Below, one piece after another: positions 11,531 through 25,224 of a DNA stretch of 64,000 bases. The stretch lies in NCBI RefSeq assembly GCF_001949145.1, contig NW_019091360.1:678137-742136 (forward strand), given 5' to 3'. The notes beneath the pieces are model-generated. The model was not told the DNA's origin, did not search any database, and was given only the letters and a program-made list of their open reading frames with translations. The DNA comes from Acanthaster planci (taxonomy: Eukaryota). A program made the position numbers and the translations under genes. Position 1 is the first letter of the stretch. Each line of letters starts with the position of its first letter.

Positions 11531-14500
11531 TTTTCGCCATGTTCGCATGGACGGCAGAGGAAAGAAAGATTGCAGCCCCCGTCCATCATGAAAAATTTTT
11601 GTTTTCCTGCGAGAATCTGGAAGCAAATTTGGTGTTTCTCTCATAGTTATAGAGTGGCAAAATGTGAATAGCCTGTCAACAGTTACGTGTACGTGCAGTA
11701 CTAATTGGTACAAATAAATACAGCCCACTGCCGTACGTTATACCATGGTTATACACGTACATTACCTCTCTGTTAAATAAGTATTGATCTGTTTTGTTGG
11801 TATTGATTTCCCCTACCCCTCCCTGTCACTTCCCCCTTTCTTCCATTCCCCTCCCCTCCCCTTCTCATGTTCCCAACACCCTCTCCCTTTCCTTTGATTC
11901 AGTGTTAGTGTAATTTTTTTTTTTTTTGTGTGTCTGCCTTCCCATATAATATGTATATATATTTATTTTATTTGTGTGTGTTTTATGTACATGTATTTCG
12001 TTTCTGTATGGGTTTTACAATAACTTAACTGACGCTAAATAGCATGACCGCCGAGGTCTGCCATGCTCCCTGTGATGGACGTTGGACCCCATGCCACAGC
12101 TCTTGGGGTAAAAGTTACCATTTGTACATATTGTACATGTTGCATAGGGGTTATGCTAACCATAGATGACCCTAGTCATGCTAGTCTGCGTAACTTGGAC
12201 CCCACAAATTGCCTTTTAACATTTGGACGTAAGCCTTATAGCTGATACCGCATGAGTGATTTTGCACAATGGTAGAAAGCTACTTCTGAACAGTAAGGTA
12301 CTAATCTGTAGACCTTACTGCACTCCACCTTTTTGATATTTCCGCACGCTTTGGCATTTTGAAAACCAGCTAATAGAGCCAATGATTTTCCACGATCGTG
12401 GAAAACAGACGGAATACATGGAAACAACACTTTCAAACGGAATCTACTGCTTGAAAGAGAACTTGCAAAATTTCCCTCTGAGAGTGGCTTAAACAGTAAA
12501 GAAAACTTTCTGCAAAGTACTATAAAATAAATCTTACCAAACCCTTTTCAAATGCTTGCTTTTAATGAACGAATTACGCTGGATTGCTAAATTACACCAC
12601 TCCACCACATGACTGTGCCGGTGCCGATACTTCGAAGCACTAAGTCGTGCGGCGGCAGCTGGCACAGTAGTGGTGCGGAACAATACATGCACCCTATTAG
12701 CAATGAAATCAAGGTGCAAACAAGTTCTTACTCACACATACATGTATGACTATTGCACATGTGGGCAATTTAGTCTGTGAATCCGAATGGACGCCTTGAG
12801 ACAAGGCTAGTACCCCATTGCGAAACAATGAAACCGCAGCAGTGAAACGGAAGACTAATTTCATATTTCTTGAAATAAACGAAACCTTGTAAGCTTGGTG
12901 TACCGTAGCTGAATGGACCCTTGGAAGTTTTCAGTCACAAACAAAGGCTCAGATTTTAATTTTAAGGCTCAGATTTAATGTTAACTTTCTGAATTTTGTC
13001 GTACTCCTGCCAAAGAAAATGGTGGGTCGATGTCCAACATTAACATATATGTATTGTGATCAACGACTGTTACATGCAAGACCTACTCTGTGACTTCACT
13101 GTACATGTACATGTATGTAATCTGATTTCATACATGAGGAGTGGCACATGAATTGTCCATTGATTAATCGTAGCAAGTTTTTGCTGATCGCACACCGGTG
13201 GGAAATCAAGGGGTGAGGTGTGCAGTATTTATTGTCTGGAGTTTTTTGTTATTTTCACAACAGAAATTATAAAAAAAGTTGGAAACATTGCAGAATATTT
13301 CACAACAATATTGTTGCTATTTTTGTTTATTTAGGGGAGAGGGAGTTGAGAGTGGTTGAGCAAATGGTTTCCATGCATAGTTTCAAACTTACTCTCCTAT
13401 TTCATGCTAACGAAGGTATGAAAGGAAATTTGAAATGGAAAATCATTGGCTCTACCAGTTGGAGTACAAGATGAAACATCTGTTAGTGCTTTCTGAAGCA
13501 AATCTTCCTCTAAAGACCCTATAATAATAGCTAGCCTATATGGAACTACAGGGCATGGTAGTATTTTGTAGCGTTTAACCTGTATTATTGGCAAAAAATG
13601 AAGTATTTTCTACCATCCCCATACTGCATCTCTCAACAATCTGCACACATCTGCATTCTCTCTTATGGCTGTGTGTCATGTGACAAAGACAGGCACAGCG
13701 TATTCGTATAACAAACGTTCATGTTGTTGTTTTGTGTTGCAACAATTTTGAACTTGGAACATAATAACATATAATTTATCATTTTCACTTAGGCCTATAA
13801 GTTGCTGCATCAGCAAAAAGACAAGTTAAAAGGGATCAGTGTTTTCCATGACAGGTTTTAGACCACCTTGCTAAAGTTTTGCCTCCCTGTCAAAATTCTC
13901 ACTGCTATTTTTCTGTTATATTTTCCCTTTTCTCCACAGTCTTCACAATTTTTATAAATGGAAAGAACCACACTCTGTGGAATGAACATGATGAGTTTGC
14001 CATTATTATTCAGCACAATAGCACTTTGCAGCGTTAGTGATCAAAGCCAGACGCAGTATAATACAAGAACACAAAATTCTGGACTGGTTCCAATCTCCCT
14101 GTCATAGCATTTTCATTTTGTAAGGTGAAGAGCCAATACCTCAAATGCATGTTTTTTTCTTCAGAAAATACAGCCAATTTCCTACCTGCAGTTCTGGATT
14201 TTTCCTAGATACGGATTGCTTAAAATGAAATTTCTTTCTTCTGCTTCTAAAACTACTTCTTTTGTGTTCTACATTCTCAAACAAGCTCAGTTGGGTGAAA
14301 TGTAAGGTTCTTGTACAAAATTTTGTTTTCAGAAAAGTCCAGATAAGCAACCTTCTGCCAGCTACATGTAGATTTCAGTTTCGAACTTTGGCATTTTTCA
14401 ACGGTTTGTCAAAAATCACAAGAGCCAAAAAATTAACCAAAAATACAGGTTGAATGGTCATTCTGTACATGTGCTTCCAAATACTTGTTCCCTACATAAC

Positions 14501-17500
14501 TGTCTTATTTACTTTGCCATCTAATGTGTGTTTAATCAAAGTAGATTCTAGAGTTTCCTTTTGAACGTCTTGACTACTGACTATACATGTATTTCACCGG
14601 AATAATAGGATTTTGTCACTGGAATCTGACCATGGAGTTACATGTATTATTGAGATCTAGAATTAGGGAAGCGACTGTACATTGCATCATCCACTCGCAC
14701 AGTGCCCACGTACGTATATGTAACCCCAGAACCATCTACTTGATGGTGAGTTCCAATCAGTAAACCAAACAAAATGCCCCAGAAAGAAATCGACTTTTGA
14801 CGATCTCCCGATAACAATTTTGCCTTCATTTCAAATTGTTACCATGAGCAAATATGATTCAAGGAGTCAGAAGAAAGTACGGCAGAAAATACCTGAGATT
14901 GTACAGCAGAGCATTAAGAATCCAAAATGTCTGAATGTGGCAAACTACACCAAAGGACTACTCTTAGTTCCACCCTTTTTAAAATTTTCTTGGAGATTGA
15001 AAGGGGTACTACAGCTCGAAAAGAGAACTGTGTTTCTTGTGTGGTCTGTCCCTTTCCTGAAATCATGATTTAAATTGTTTAGATAAAAATGACTTTTAAA
15101 AAATCACATCAAAGAAACCTTAAATTCTTTGGGGCATTTGAAAGGAAGAAATGGCTGAATTAAATATACTGATGTCTTTGGAGCACTTCCACACTACCAG
15201 AATTGGGTCATTTTGTGTATAATGTTTCTCTTTACACTTATTTGACATTTACATGTATATGTGTACCTGATGTACATGTACGTGTACTTGTATCTGTACA
15301 CCACTCTCTATTTTGTATGACTGGATTTACGTTTACATGTATTTTATGGAATTCAATAACCCTTCCATCTACATACATTTAGATAAAGCAGAATTGCCAA
15401 ATACCAGTTTCATGGAAAGTGGTATTGTCAAATACATGTATCACGAACATTGGAATACCAATGATGTGAACTTGTGTAAGACATGTGTTAGCAAGTACAG
15501 AAGTTTTATACCAACTGAAGAAGCAAGACACTGATCTTTACTCATCTTGTTTTATCATTGAAATTTGCATAAACTGTTTATTCATACCAAGAGTTTGTGT
15601 GTATTTCAGCATACAGGAAACTGGACATAGCAAACTTGGGTGTTTGATTAGAAATACAGTTCAACATCTGAACATATGATAAACTTAACCCCAGCAGTCA
15701 GCACTTGGTCCTTTAGTCATCACCTGGTATTCACGTATCATGTCTTGAACTTCAGGACAAAAAGCCTTCTGGACAGCTTTAGAGATCAATTTTAAAAAAT
15801 TGATTTAAATTTTAAAAAATCTGAATAAAGAAAATCTTTTAAAAAATGATTTTTATGGACCCTGGTGCGGTATCGCTACTTACCTCACGTGCGCTAGCAC
15901 TCTGCATTCATCGCTCTCCCCTGTGCATCGCAATCATCATGCCTGCAATGTACATGTAATCCTCTTTTCATGTCTCATTTGTCAAGATGAGTTACTGTTT
16001 CAATTTAATAAAAATCAGATCTCTACAATATTGTGTATAATTATACTTCTTTAATCATTAAAAATCTATGAACAAATTAAACACTTCAAAGAGGATCGTT
16101 GATGAACTTATTTCCATACAAGCACCCTGCTTATAAAGCCAGCTACACTGACCGAGGTCATTCTTATAAAACAACAGGTTTTGCAATGATACAGCCATCG
16201 TGATTTGCCATCATGACTGACGTGGTGTGCACGACTTCATTTTTTTGTATGTTTGTAAGAATCAATGACTTCAGATTTGTTTTACAGACAATGCTAGGTT
16301 TTGTCACTTTGAGATTCTGTTTTGAGAGCTTGTATGTCCAAAACTACACATCTTCAATCAGGGTTCTCTGTTCTTGGTCACCCCCAAAAAAATCTCTTGA
16401 CATTTAGATAAAGAATTATCCCCACATGTTTTGACGGACGGGTTTCCTACAGGAAACTAATTAGCGATAGTCATGACCACCAATGACTACATGTAGTCAA
16501 CTAGTCACACTAGTTGTATGGGCCTAGTTAGGATGTGCACTTTTTACATGTACATGATTGATCTCATGCTGTCTTCCTTTGTACTTGCCTGGCATATTGC
16601 TGGATAAAAGAAGTAACCTTGTGTTGATATACCGGTACAGTTGTACAGAACAGACACATTTACGAATGTATACACGTACATCAGTGAATTTCCTTAGTTT
16701 AACTAAAACTGATGTTTTTACTTCCAGCTTGTGATGATTTTCAGGACAGCAATGAAGATGGGACAATGAACCTAGTGCATGTGAGGTAAGTTACCTACAA
16801 TATGTAAAAAATGTGATGAGGTTTACCTGTATGTAAACATTATTTTGGGAGGGCAGTTGACCAATTTCAGTATTCAGTATTATATTTACATACCAGTAGG
16901 ATTTGAACACTGCTCTTCTTATCCAGCAAATTGATACATATGTACATTTATGCCTTAACAACAGAGCAATTTGATTTGAAAGCACTTACATGTACCATTT
17001 GCACAGCTGAAGTTGTAGTTTAGATATGTGAAGCTACTGATTTCCAAAGGTACCATATATAGCAACACAATAAATGGAAGTTCTCTTGAAAAAAGAGTCA
17101 GTCCATTCTTTATAGCAAACACTGTAGAATGATGTTCGTTAAAGGAAATATTTGAAATAACATATTTAGGACAAACTTTATCAACTGAAAGTGCACTGAA
17201 ATAGGTTTACATGTATGTATTCAAGGGTATTTTGGGTACCAGGTACCCATTTCTGTAAAGATCAGTATATGTACCCAGACAACCTAAACATTAAGGGGGA
17301 GGGGACACCCCTTCAGTAACCCAGTATAGTCACAGGATTTTTCCCCAAACCGAACATTACTGATCGATGTATGCACAGTTATGTAAATGTACATATATGT
17401 CATTGGGTCCCAGCCCTCAAAATATCTAGTCCGAACATGGAGAAAGGAATAGAGCGATTAAAACATGCAGCATGGTTGCAATGCTCTGAAGTTTTGACAC

Positions 17501-20500
17501 ACGGATTGGATTTTGTGAAGCGCAGTGGTCCATCAGTGTGAACACCTGTGCCTGCATACATGTGTATGGGCATGGACTGGTAAATGGTGAATTCGCCCTG
17601 TGACAGCCCAACAAAAATCACCTCTCCTTTGTGCCGCTGAAAATATGTGCACTACATGTAAAACCTTCAAAATACTGGTAAGTGGAAAATACCTTTGCAT
17701 AAAGGGGAATCTACTTGTTGTTTCTGTGAAGTGGCTCTTTCACGGAAGTGCATGTACCTGGTATTTCAGACATTTTGATCATTTCACATTTTTTGGAGTG
17801 TCAAATTTGGAATGCACTTTGAGTTGACGCAGGGGTCTCTGACTCCCAGCCATTCCATACTGTTCTTGCTATTTTTGGTAGTAGGAACCCGTTTGCCATA
17901 CATGCAGGCCTTGTGCCAGGGCTTGCAGAATCGGTAGTCCAATGTCCTGGGACAACCAAAATATTTTGTCGGGCAACCAAATGTTCCAGGCTGCCAGCGC
18001 GACGGGCAAGCACCTTTTTCTTTTTTTTTTGCCTGGCGTTTTGACATTTCAGCACCGTGCACTGAAAAAGATTGCAAAAAAAGATCAAAGTGGCCAAACA
18101 AATACCTCTGGTTTTGGTTTCCCCACCGACCCTAATTTTTCGGCGTGACCCTAAACAAGTTAGAAAAACAAATTTAAAAAATTGAAAAAAAAATTAATGC
18201 CAATGTCTTTTCTGTCCTCACTAAACACTTTCAACAACCCTTTCTCATGTTAAAATGCTTGTTTTCATATGTTTTCCTACTTACATTTGCAATTTTTGAA
18301 AAGAAACTTCTGTCATTTTCACGAGTTCCACTCGCGTTTTGCTGTCGCAGTGGTGAAAACGTGCGCAAAGCTCAACGCATGAAAGCAAAGCTGCGCTGGT
18401 TCCCACCACGCTGTGCCCATGCAAAAGAACGCGTGGTGGAAATGTGCTAACCAGCCTTTACGTCCAGGTCTATAAAATTACATCGGTGTCGTACACGCAT
18501 GCAACCATGCAGCTGCAGGTCTAAAAAACATCGATGTTGCAAGAGGATTTCTGCAAGTTAATTCACAGAACTTGGTCTCTTATTTATGTATTTATTGTCT
18601 GTGCTCACGAGTCTGAGCACACGGTTTATTGCACGCCCGTCTGGATGTATCATGGACGCTTACCACGCGATACATGGACATTGCTGGCCAGTTTGCCCTT
18701 GTGATTACCTGACTACCATTGTGTGATTTGTCCATAATTCTTGTGAATTGTTGACTGCGGAAATTTTTACATATATTAAGACGTGTTTTTATCACTGTTT
18801 GAGACAATTTTTGGAAGCTTTCATCCCCATTCAGGCTATTACATTAGCACAAAAAATTGACCTAACAAAATTCTGACCTACCGATACTATTTTTGAGAGG
18901 CATGTAATCGGAAGCAGAAGTGGCATAAACAGTGAACGAGAATAGTGTACTCGTGTGGTATCATGCCCTACCATGTGCTAGGCTTTGCCAGTACAACCCA
19001 CCAGTCTACTCTGTTCGTGGCGTTCACGATCACTTATCGCCCTATCGCGCCAGCATCACGTTTCAAAAACACAAGTGAAAACACATCCACAACGACTCAG
19101 TTTTTGTGATCTTCTACATGTATTTATTATCACGAAAAGCATAATATTTGATCTAAGTTTTAACAGGCAGGCCTATTCTGAATTTTTCACTAGCCCACCT
19201 GGCAACCAAGGAACCAAGTTAAGGTAGTCCGGAGCATTTTTTGCTAGAATTTGTATGCTAGGCTAGTACTATTTTGAGGCCTGACATGCTTCATCTAGTC
19301 TCGTGTGCTTCCACCACACTGCACTCACAACGTAACTTGTCTCATGCTTGGGCCATGGGAGAGCAGAAATTATCAATTATGACTCCGCGTACATATTATG
19401 TATGCATATTTTTTGCAGGAAAAATCCATACAATTTTACATAGCAAGTACATGTGATATCCTAAAAATATACACTTGCTGGCGGACAAAGGCCGGGATCC
19501 GTCCATGATAGCAGTGCATGCAACTCCGTACGGGGATGTGTCCTAACTGTAATGCTACATAAACACCAATGCAGCAATCAAGGACCGTGCCAATAAACGG
19601 ACGTTGCCATTTGACTTTTCACTGACACTTTTTGCCAACTGTGGCACAGAAGTCAATGCCAATGCGGGATTTTTTAAATGCCCAGTTACATGTACACAAA
19701 GGATTTCGCTGTGCTTTTTGTGGAAATGGAACGTTCATTTCTCTGCATTATGAAGTATAGCACAAAAATTTGTCTGTATGTTACAAGCATAACACTTGAG
19801 CAAGCTTCATTTGGATAAGGCTAATTTGAATGAAATGGCCATGTAAGGAGGTCAGAACAACATAAAAGGTGTAGATGGCCTAGGGTGTGGCCATGCTAGC
19901 CTGCATCCTTCACTGCACTACAGTCGGTTACTCCTTGACCACTTCTTTGATATGTGATCTTATTCATTTGGAAGGCCATAAGGTTTTCCAGAGCCTTTTA
20001 GGTCATTGATTTTTCTCTGGTTTTTTCCCCTAGGCTGGAAATTTGCAACCTGTACAATGTTTACATACGAAACTACAGTTGTCAATTTATTCACATAATA
20101 TTGTACAATAGCTGGAAGAGTAACTCTACAGATCAAGACCTATAATTTCTGTTCTGATATAATCAATGCAAAGGTTAATTTAGCTTAACTGATTTCAGAA
20201 TCAATAAGTTCAATATGTTCTAAAGAGCCTCGTCAGTGCTTTGTTTACAATGAAGTAGGAATTTAAAATTGTTAAAGGAAGATGGTGCACATAGAACAGA
20301 CCAAGAGCAACACGCCGACTTTAGTAGGCAAAATGATGACTTACATGCACATGTATAAAAGCAGGCTTTAATAGGAATAAAAATTCTAATGGAAATGCAT
20401 TAGAGACAATCAGGACTTTCGTAAGACTGCCAACTTGAGTGATTTGCTACATTGTACGATGTTAGCTTAGCCAGAGTTTTATACTGTACCAGAGAGAAGT

Positions 20501-23500
20501 TGATAGAGATTCCTTGTAAACACCAAAACATACATGTAGCACCAACCAATGCGGCTCAAAGATGCTAAAAGGTGCATCATGCGATCTACAAAACACTACA
20601 CTTTCTATTCACTATGCTCAAGATGGAAATATAGTAAGGGGCATGAATGGGGTTCATGCATGCCATAGCACTTGCAAGGCACCAGCGCAGCGAGGATGAC
20701 CCAATCATGTGGTGGAGTGGTGCAATTTAGCATGTTTCAGCGTAAGTTGTTAATTAAAAGCAAACATTTGAAAAGGGTTTGATAGGTATTTATTTTTTGG
20801 TACTTTGCAGAAAGTTTTCTTTACTTTTTAAGCCATTCTTAGAGGGAAATTTTGTAAGTTCCGTTTCAAGCAGTGAATTCCGTTTCAAAGTGTTGATTCT
20901 GCGAATTTCGTCCGTTTGCTGCAATCACAGAAAATGATGCGCTCTACGAATATAAAGCAAGACACCTTCACATTTTTTAACATGACTGTTTTATGGGTAC
21001 TAGGCCTGAAAAAAGAGAACAGATATTGACATCAGTAGTCAAGTATCCAGGCACCTTTCACTGGCTTATAATGAAAAGATTTTGATGTGTAGTTAAACGT
21101 TCATTTAAATTTTTCTGCCAGAGGTAAAAGTTTAAACAGAAAAAATTGATTCTGGTCATTTTGGGTTACCTATGTTGATTATATTACATGTACACACATG
21201 ATGAAACACACTTGTTTTACACTGTTCTACTAGTTAAAATGGAATTTTGGAAATTGTTGTTTGTGACAGAGGGAGTCGTAAGCTTTAGTTTGTATAAGAT
21301 AAAAGATCATTGTTCTAAAATCCAATTTTGTTTTAGGGGCATCTGGCGTACTCTTTTGTTAAAAGCACTGTAAAGGATGGTGGTAGTTTCGTTTATTTTT
21401 TACATTAATTAACAGAAATATAAACATTATTAACTCTTTTCCAGATGTCAACAGCGAAATGGCCGTAAAATGATTACAACAGTTGAGGGAATTCCACACA
21501 TTTATTCACAAACCCGCCTTGTCAAGAAAATGAAAAAGGTTTGTACCGGTATACATATCTTTGTATTTCTGGTAATGAATTTAGTGTAGAAATGTGTTGT
21601 GACATGCGACAGTTGCTATAAACTAATCCAACGACCATGATAACACCATCAGTGGTAATTTGTAGTGGGACCAACTAAAGGTGGTAAAGCATGGTAGTTA
21701 CAGTCCCATGACAGTTGCTCAGCCTCTGAAGGGGGCCATTGGGAAAGTCTAGTGAAACATCACTCATTTATACAGGAATAATGGCATAATAATTCTCTGA
21801 TGCATCGATAAAAGTTTCACACATGGTCCAGTTTAGCGTGTTCACCAGCAAAATGGATTGCAAAGGGTAAGATGTCATACAGGGAATAATTTTCCAGGTA
21901 TTGTATCTCAATTAGCAATGCATTTTCAGCCATTTACTATACACTTTTTTTATGAATTGCAGTTGCTCCGATGCAACTAGAAACAAACATGTTTATGGGA
22001 GTTTACGAGAGAGTGGCACTTTCTGCGATCGCTGACCCTCTAATCTGAATTACTAAGCTAGCTCTGAAGTGCTGATAACACAACTAAAACACAGTGTAAG
22101 CCTATAATATACAGTCCACTCTCGTTTGTACTACAAAATCAGCCATTACAGAATTAAATGCTTACCGCCCGATCACTTATTCATAATGAGAGTGGCAGAA
22201 CTGGAGTAACCTTGGTCAAGGCATTTGTCATTTGTTGCAGCGCAGCGCTCACCAGCCACTCGCTGACCTAGAAGGTACCAGTACCTGCGTACGTACATAC
22301 CTGCACATATTGCAAAATCAAGACAAAGAGCAACCTCACACAGCCAAAGGAATATGCACATCAGCTGAACCAGGACGAAGGTCTTGGTGTAACTGTCCAT
22401 GGAAGCTGTATTGGGCAGTGCTTATTACACTAACGACAAGGGGCCGATGTTTTAAATATGCTTTTGAATTGGTTCATTACTACATAGTAACTGCATAATT
22501 CATGTCGGTCGTAAGGTGAAAGGTTAACAAAATCCGACTTGCAGGAATTGGCCCTATTGCTACGGTGTACCCATTGTAGCCAGTGCATCGGCAGGCCAAC
22601 TGATGGCTCTTTGCGGTGGCTGCGGCAATGCATTGGAGATCATTGTGTATGCCGCACGCACCACACGTACGGAAGTTAAGTCTGGCCAAATGGTCTGGCC
22701 CAACTGCTTGCGCTTGCCCATGCGATGGCTGCCCAATTAGAGCCACAAACCACAACATGCCCATGCGCAGTGGACGAACCATGTGACTGGAACGCAGAGC
22801 TTTTGTGTAGCCAAATCTCACTCCCAAAAAATAAACAAAAGTTTGGGAAAAAAAGAACGAAGAACAAAAAATAAAAACAGACACCAATAGCATTTTCGTT
22901 TTTACGAAATTTTATTGAAGCGAAAAAGGTGCGCCCTCATTTGATGAAAAAAGTAATTTGACTCATTGGGAAACCCCGCCCGAGTACGCATGTGCAAAGC
23001 GCTGCGGTGCGGTATCAGAAATTGGACCACCACAAAGCGACACACATGCACAACGCAAAAGAAAGATTTGCCACACAAAGGTACACAGTTTAAATGATTT
23101 ACAGTACATGTAATGTGTTATTTATCAGCCGATTGACAACAAAATTCCTCCGCAAAAATGTCTTTCTATGAACAAAAACTTGTGGCACCAAAGTATAAAA
23201 TAACCACAATATCATTTCGTCGTAGGGAGATTTACGGTATGGTAACTGTGCGTCAGTGTATAGGTACATGTAATAATGACACAAAATTGGTACATAATGA
23301 CTAAACTTCAAAATAAATCGGGACCTTTTAAATCGAATTTTTGATAACTTGAATTTTTGTCCATTGCCCAGAGATTGGAGGTATCGAGATTTTACTGTAC
23401 ATGTATACTTAGCTGCGATTGGTTACTGTGCACTCATTGCATGCCTGCATCTATTCATATTCACATACAAGGTCGTGCACTAGAAATCTAGCGCAAACAT

Positions 23501-25020
23501 AAAGAAAAACATAGGCTTCCGTGGACGGTTGCACCAAGGCGTTCGTCCTGGTTCAGCTAATTTGCATATTTCTTAGGCTGCATGAAGTCGCTCTTCGCCT
23601 TGATTTTGCAATGTACGTGTATGTAGGTATGTGTATGCACTTACACAGGTATGTACTAGGTCAGCGAGCGGCTGGTGTGCACTGTGCTGTGACAAATGAC
23701 GAACGCCTTGACCAGGACTAAACTGGAGGGACCTTCAACATGTTCAATGAGAATGTGCGCTTGCATGATGTACTCCTGGCCAGACATAGCTATCCAATCA
23801 CAATGTCACCTTATGACATCATGCCCCTTTCTCGCACGCGTGCGGCCGGGGTGCTTACTACAAACTCAGATTAGACCAGCTTATTAATTAGTTGTGCCAT
23901 TTTCCAACTGGTATCAAACATTAAAAGACAAATTATTAAATTAAAGGAAAATCATGTTTTTCCATAGCACAATTTGTGCAGGAAAGAATACATTAATGAA
24001 TGGTCCTTAAGCTGCTAATCAATCTCAACTTTCACACTAGCCATTGCACATAGCGTGCTAGCGGCAAGGAGTACTAGGGTAACCTTCTAATGGGACTGTG
24101 AAAGTTGTTTTGATTCATTGCCTGCAGTACAGTGACAATGCACATGCTGTCAACTAATTAGGTTTGGGAGTTTAAGATTTCATTTCGCAGAACCACTTTG
24201 CAGACATGATGGCCAAACGATGACATGAAAGTTAAAAAAAACACTGAGGATGACATCGAGGATGCAATATCATCACAAAAAGTTTTGGCTGGTAACCTGA
24301 TTTGTCAAGCAAGGCTTTCTCACGCTCAAACAATTTTTTTTCCTGATATCTTGATTTCTGGTCACAGTCTGACTTGCTTTATCATTCCCAATATCAAGAT
24401 TTTTGCCTAAGAAATTTATTTCAGCGATATCAGGTTTTTAAGTGATATTGAATAATCAAGTAATATTGATTTATTGATGGACCCAAAAAATCAATACAAC
24501 ACAAAAATGTAATGCCATTTTGCCGCCTGAACTGTAATTGGAGTTTGCAATAAATTTGATGCAAATGAGCCATTCAAAACAGGGAGAGAGCAAAAGTGTA
24601 TTTTTGTTTATGTGGGTTTTGTGAAATCCATAGCATCTTATCTGTGGAAAATTGTGTACTCCAAAGTTGTCAAGGAACTTGAGCAAACAGATTTCATATG
24701 CAAGTCCACTATTTTCTGTTTGAAGAGAGTGTCTGTTTTTATCCAAATTGCGTCAATTCACTGTGAGAATGAATACACATAAAAACGTGTCTTTGTTGAG
24801 AGAGTGAATATACCATTTAGAATTCTTGCTTTTGTTTATGTATTTCTTTGTTTGTTTTAATTCTTACATGTAGTTCTTCAACTGTAATGGAAACGTGAAC
24901 AACGAAAAGGATTTTGGAGAAGTGATCCAGTTGCAAGGAGATCAGAGGAAGAATGTCAAGGACTTCCTTGTCAAAATTGGACTTGCCAAAGATTCTCAGG
25001 TTAAACTCCATGGCTTTTAA
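11185..25020 (+). CDS. EIF1: Eukaryotic translation initiation factor 1 (SUI1 family), divergent paralogue; 4 exons, join(11185..11227,16728..16785,21445..21538,24874..25020), 113 aa
   Basis: The spliced CDS is 342 nt, open and ends in TAA. All introns are GT-AG with compatible phases (1,2,0). Protein: MDAEISIENLRMTSACDDFQDSNEDGTMNLVHVRCQQRNGRKMITTVEGIPHIYSQTRLVKKMKKFFNCNGNVNNEKDFGEVIQLQGDQRKNVKDFLVKIGLAKDSQVKLHGF. It has the SUI1 hallmarks QQRNGRK, CNG, GEVIQLQGDQR and C-terminal HGF. Confidence 0.93.
12400..12612. repeat. Interspersed repeat in eIF1 intron 1, inverted relative to the copy at ~20704-20900 in intron 2
   Basis: AAATTTCCCTCT...GAAAACTTTCTGCAAAGTAC...CACCACTCCACCACATGA is the reverse complement of TCATGTGGTGGAGTGGTG...GTACTTTGCAGAAAGTTTTC...AGAGGGAAATTT. 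Confidence 0.85.
16728..16785 (+). CDS. EIF1: eIF1-like exon 2 (ACDDFQDSNEDGTMNLVHVR)
   Basis: TTTTTACTTCCAG acceptor and AG|GTAAGT donor. LVHVR aligns to canonical YIHIR. Phases 1 and 2 fit the neighbouring exons. Confidence 0.85.
21445..21538 (+). CDS. EIF1: eIF1-like exon 3 (CQQRNGRKMITTVEGIPHIYSQTRLVKKMKK)
   Basis: CTCTTTTCCAG acceptor and AAG|GT donor. Contains the QQRNGRK motif. Confidence 0.93.
22210..23716. repeat. Inverted repeat pair (~200-bp arms, 22210-22407 and 23515-23716) in eIF1 intron 3, possibly the subterminal regions of an old DNA element
   Basis: CTTGGTCAAGGC...CAGCTGAACCAGGACGAA...TCCATGGAAGC versus GCTTCCGTGGA...TTCGTCCTGGTTCAGCT...GCCTTGACCAGG. ORFs 22173-22400(-) and 23521-23721(+) mirror each other. 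Confidence 0.75.
24874..25020 (+). CDS. EIF1: eIF1-like exon 4 (FFNCNG...GEVIQLQGDQRKN...KLHGF*)
   Basis: T-rich tract ending in a TAG acceptor. Unambiguous SUI1 C-terminus. Confidence 0.95.
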   Translation, partial: FFNCNGNVNNEKDFGEVIQLQGDQRKNVKDFLVKIGLAKDSQVKLHGF

Positions 25021-25224
25021 ATCATCACCCTCCTGTTTATTTAAAATTTATTGTTTTCTTTTTCAACATTGTGAATTGTTTAAAAAACAAAACAGCTGTT
25101 CATCTCATTCTGACTTTGCATGGTAAGAATGATCAAGGAGAGTGTTACCTACATGCACATGTAGTGTGTGCTTCTGGTGTCATGGCTCATCAACAATTTG
25201 TGGTGTCAAGGTTGAGGTTTGTTA

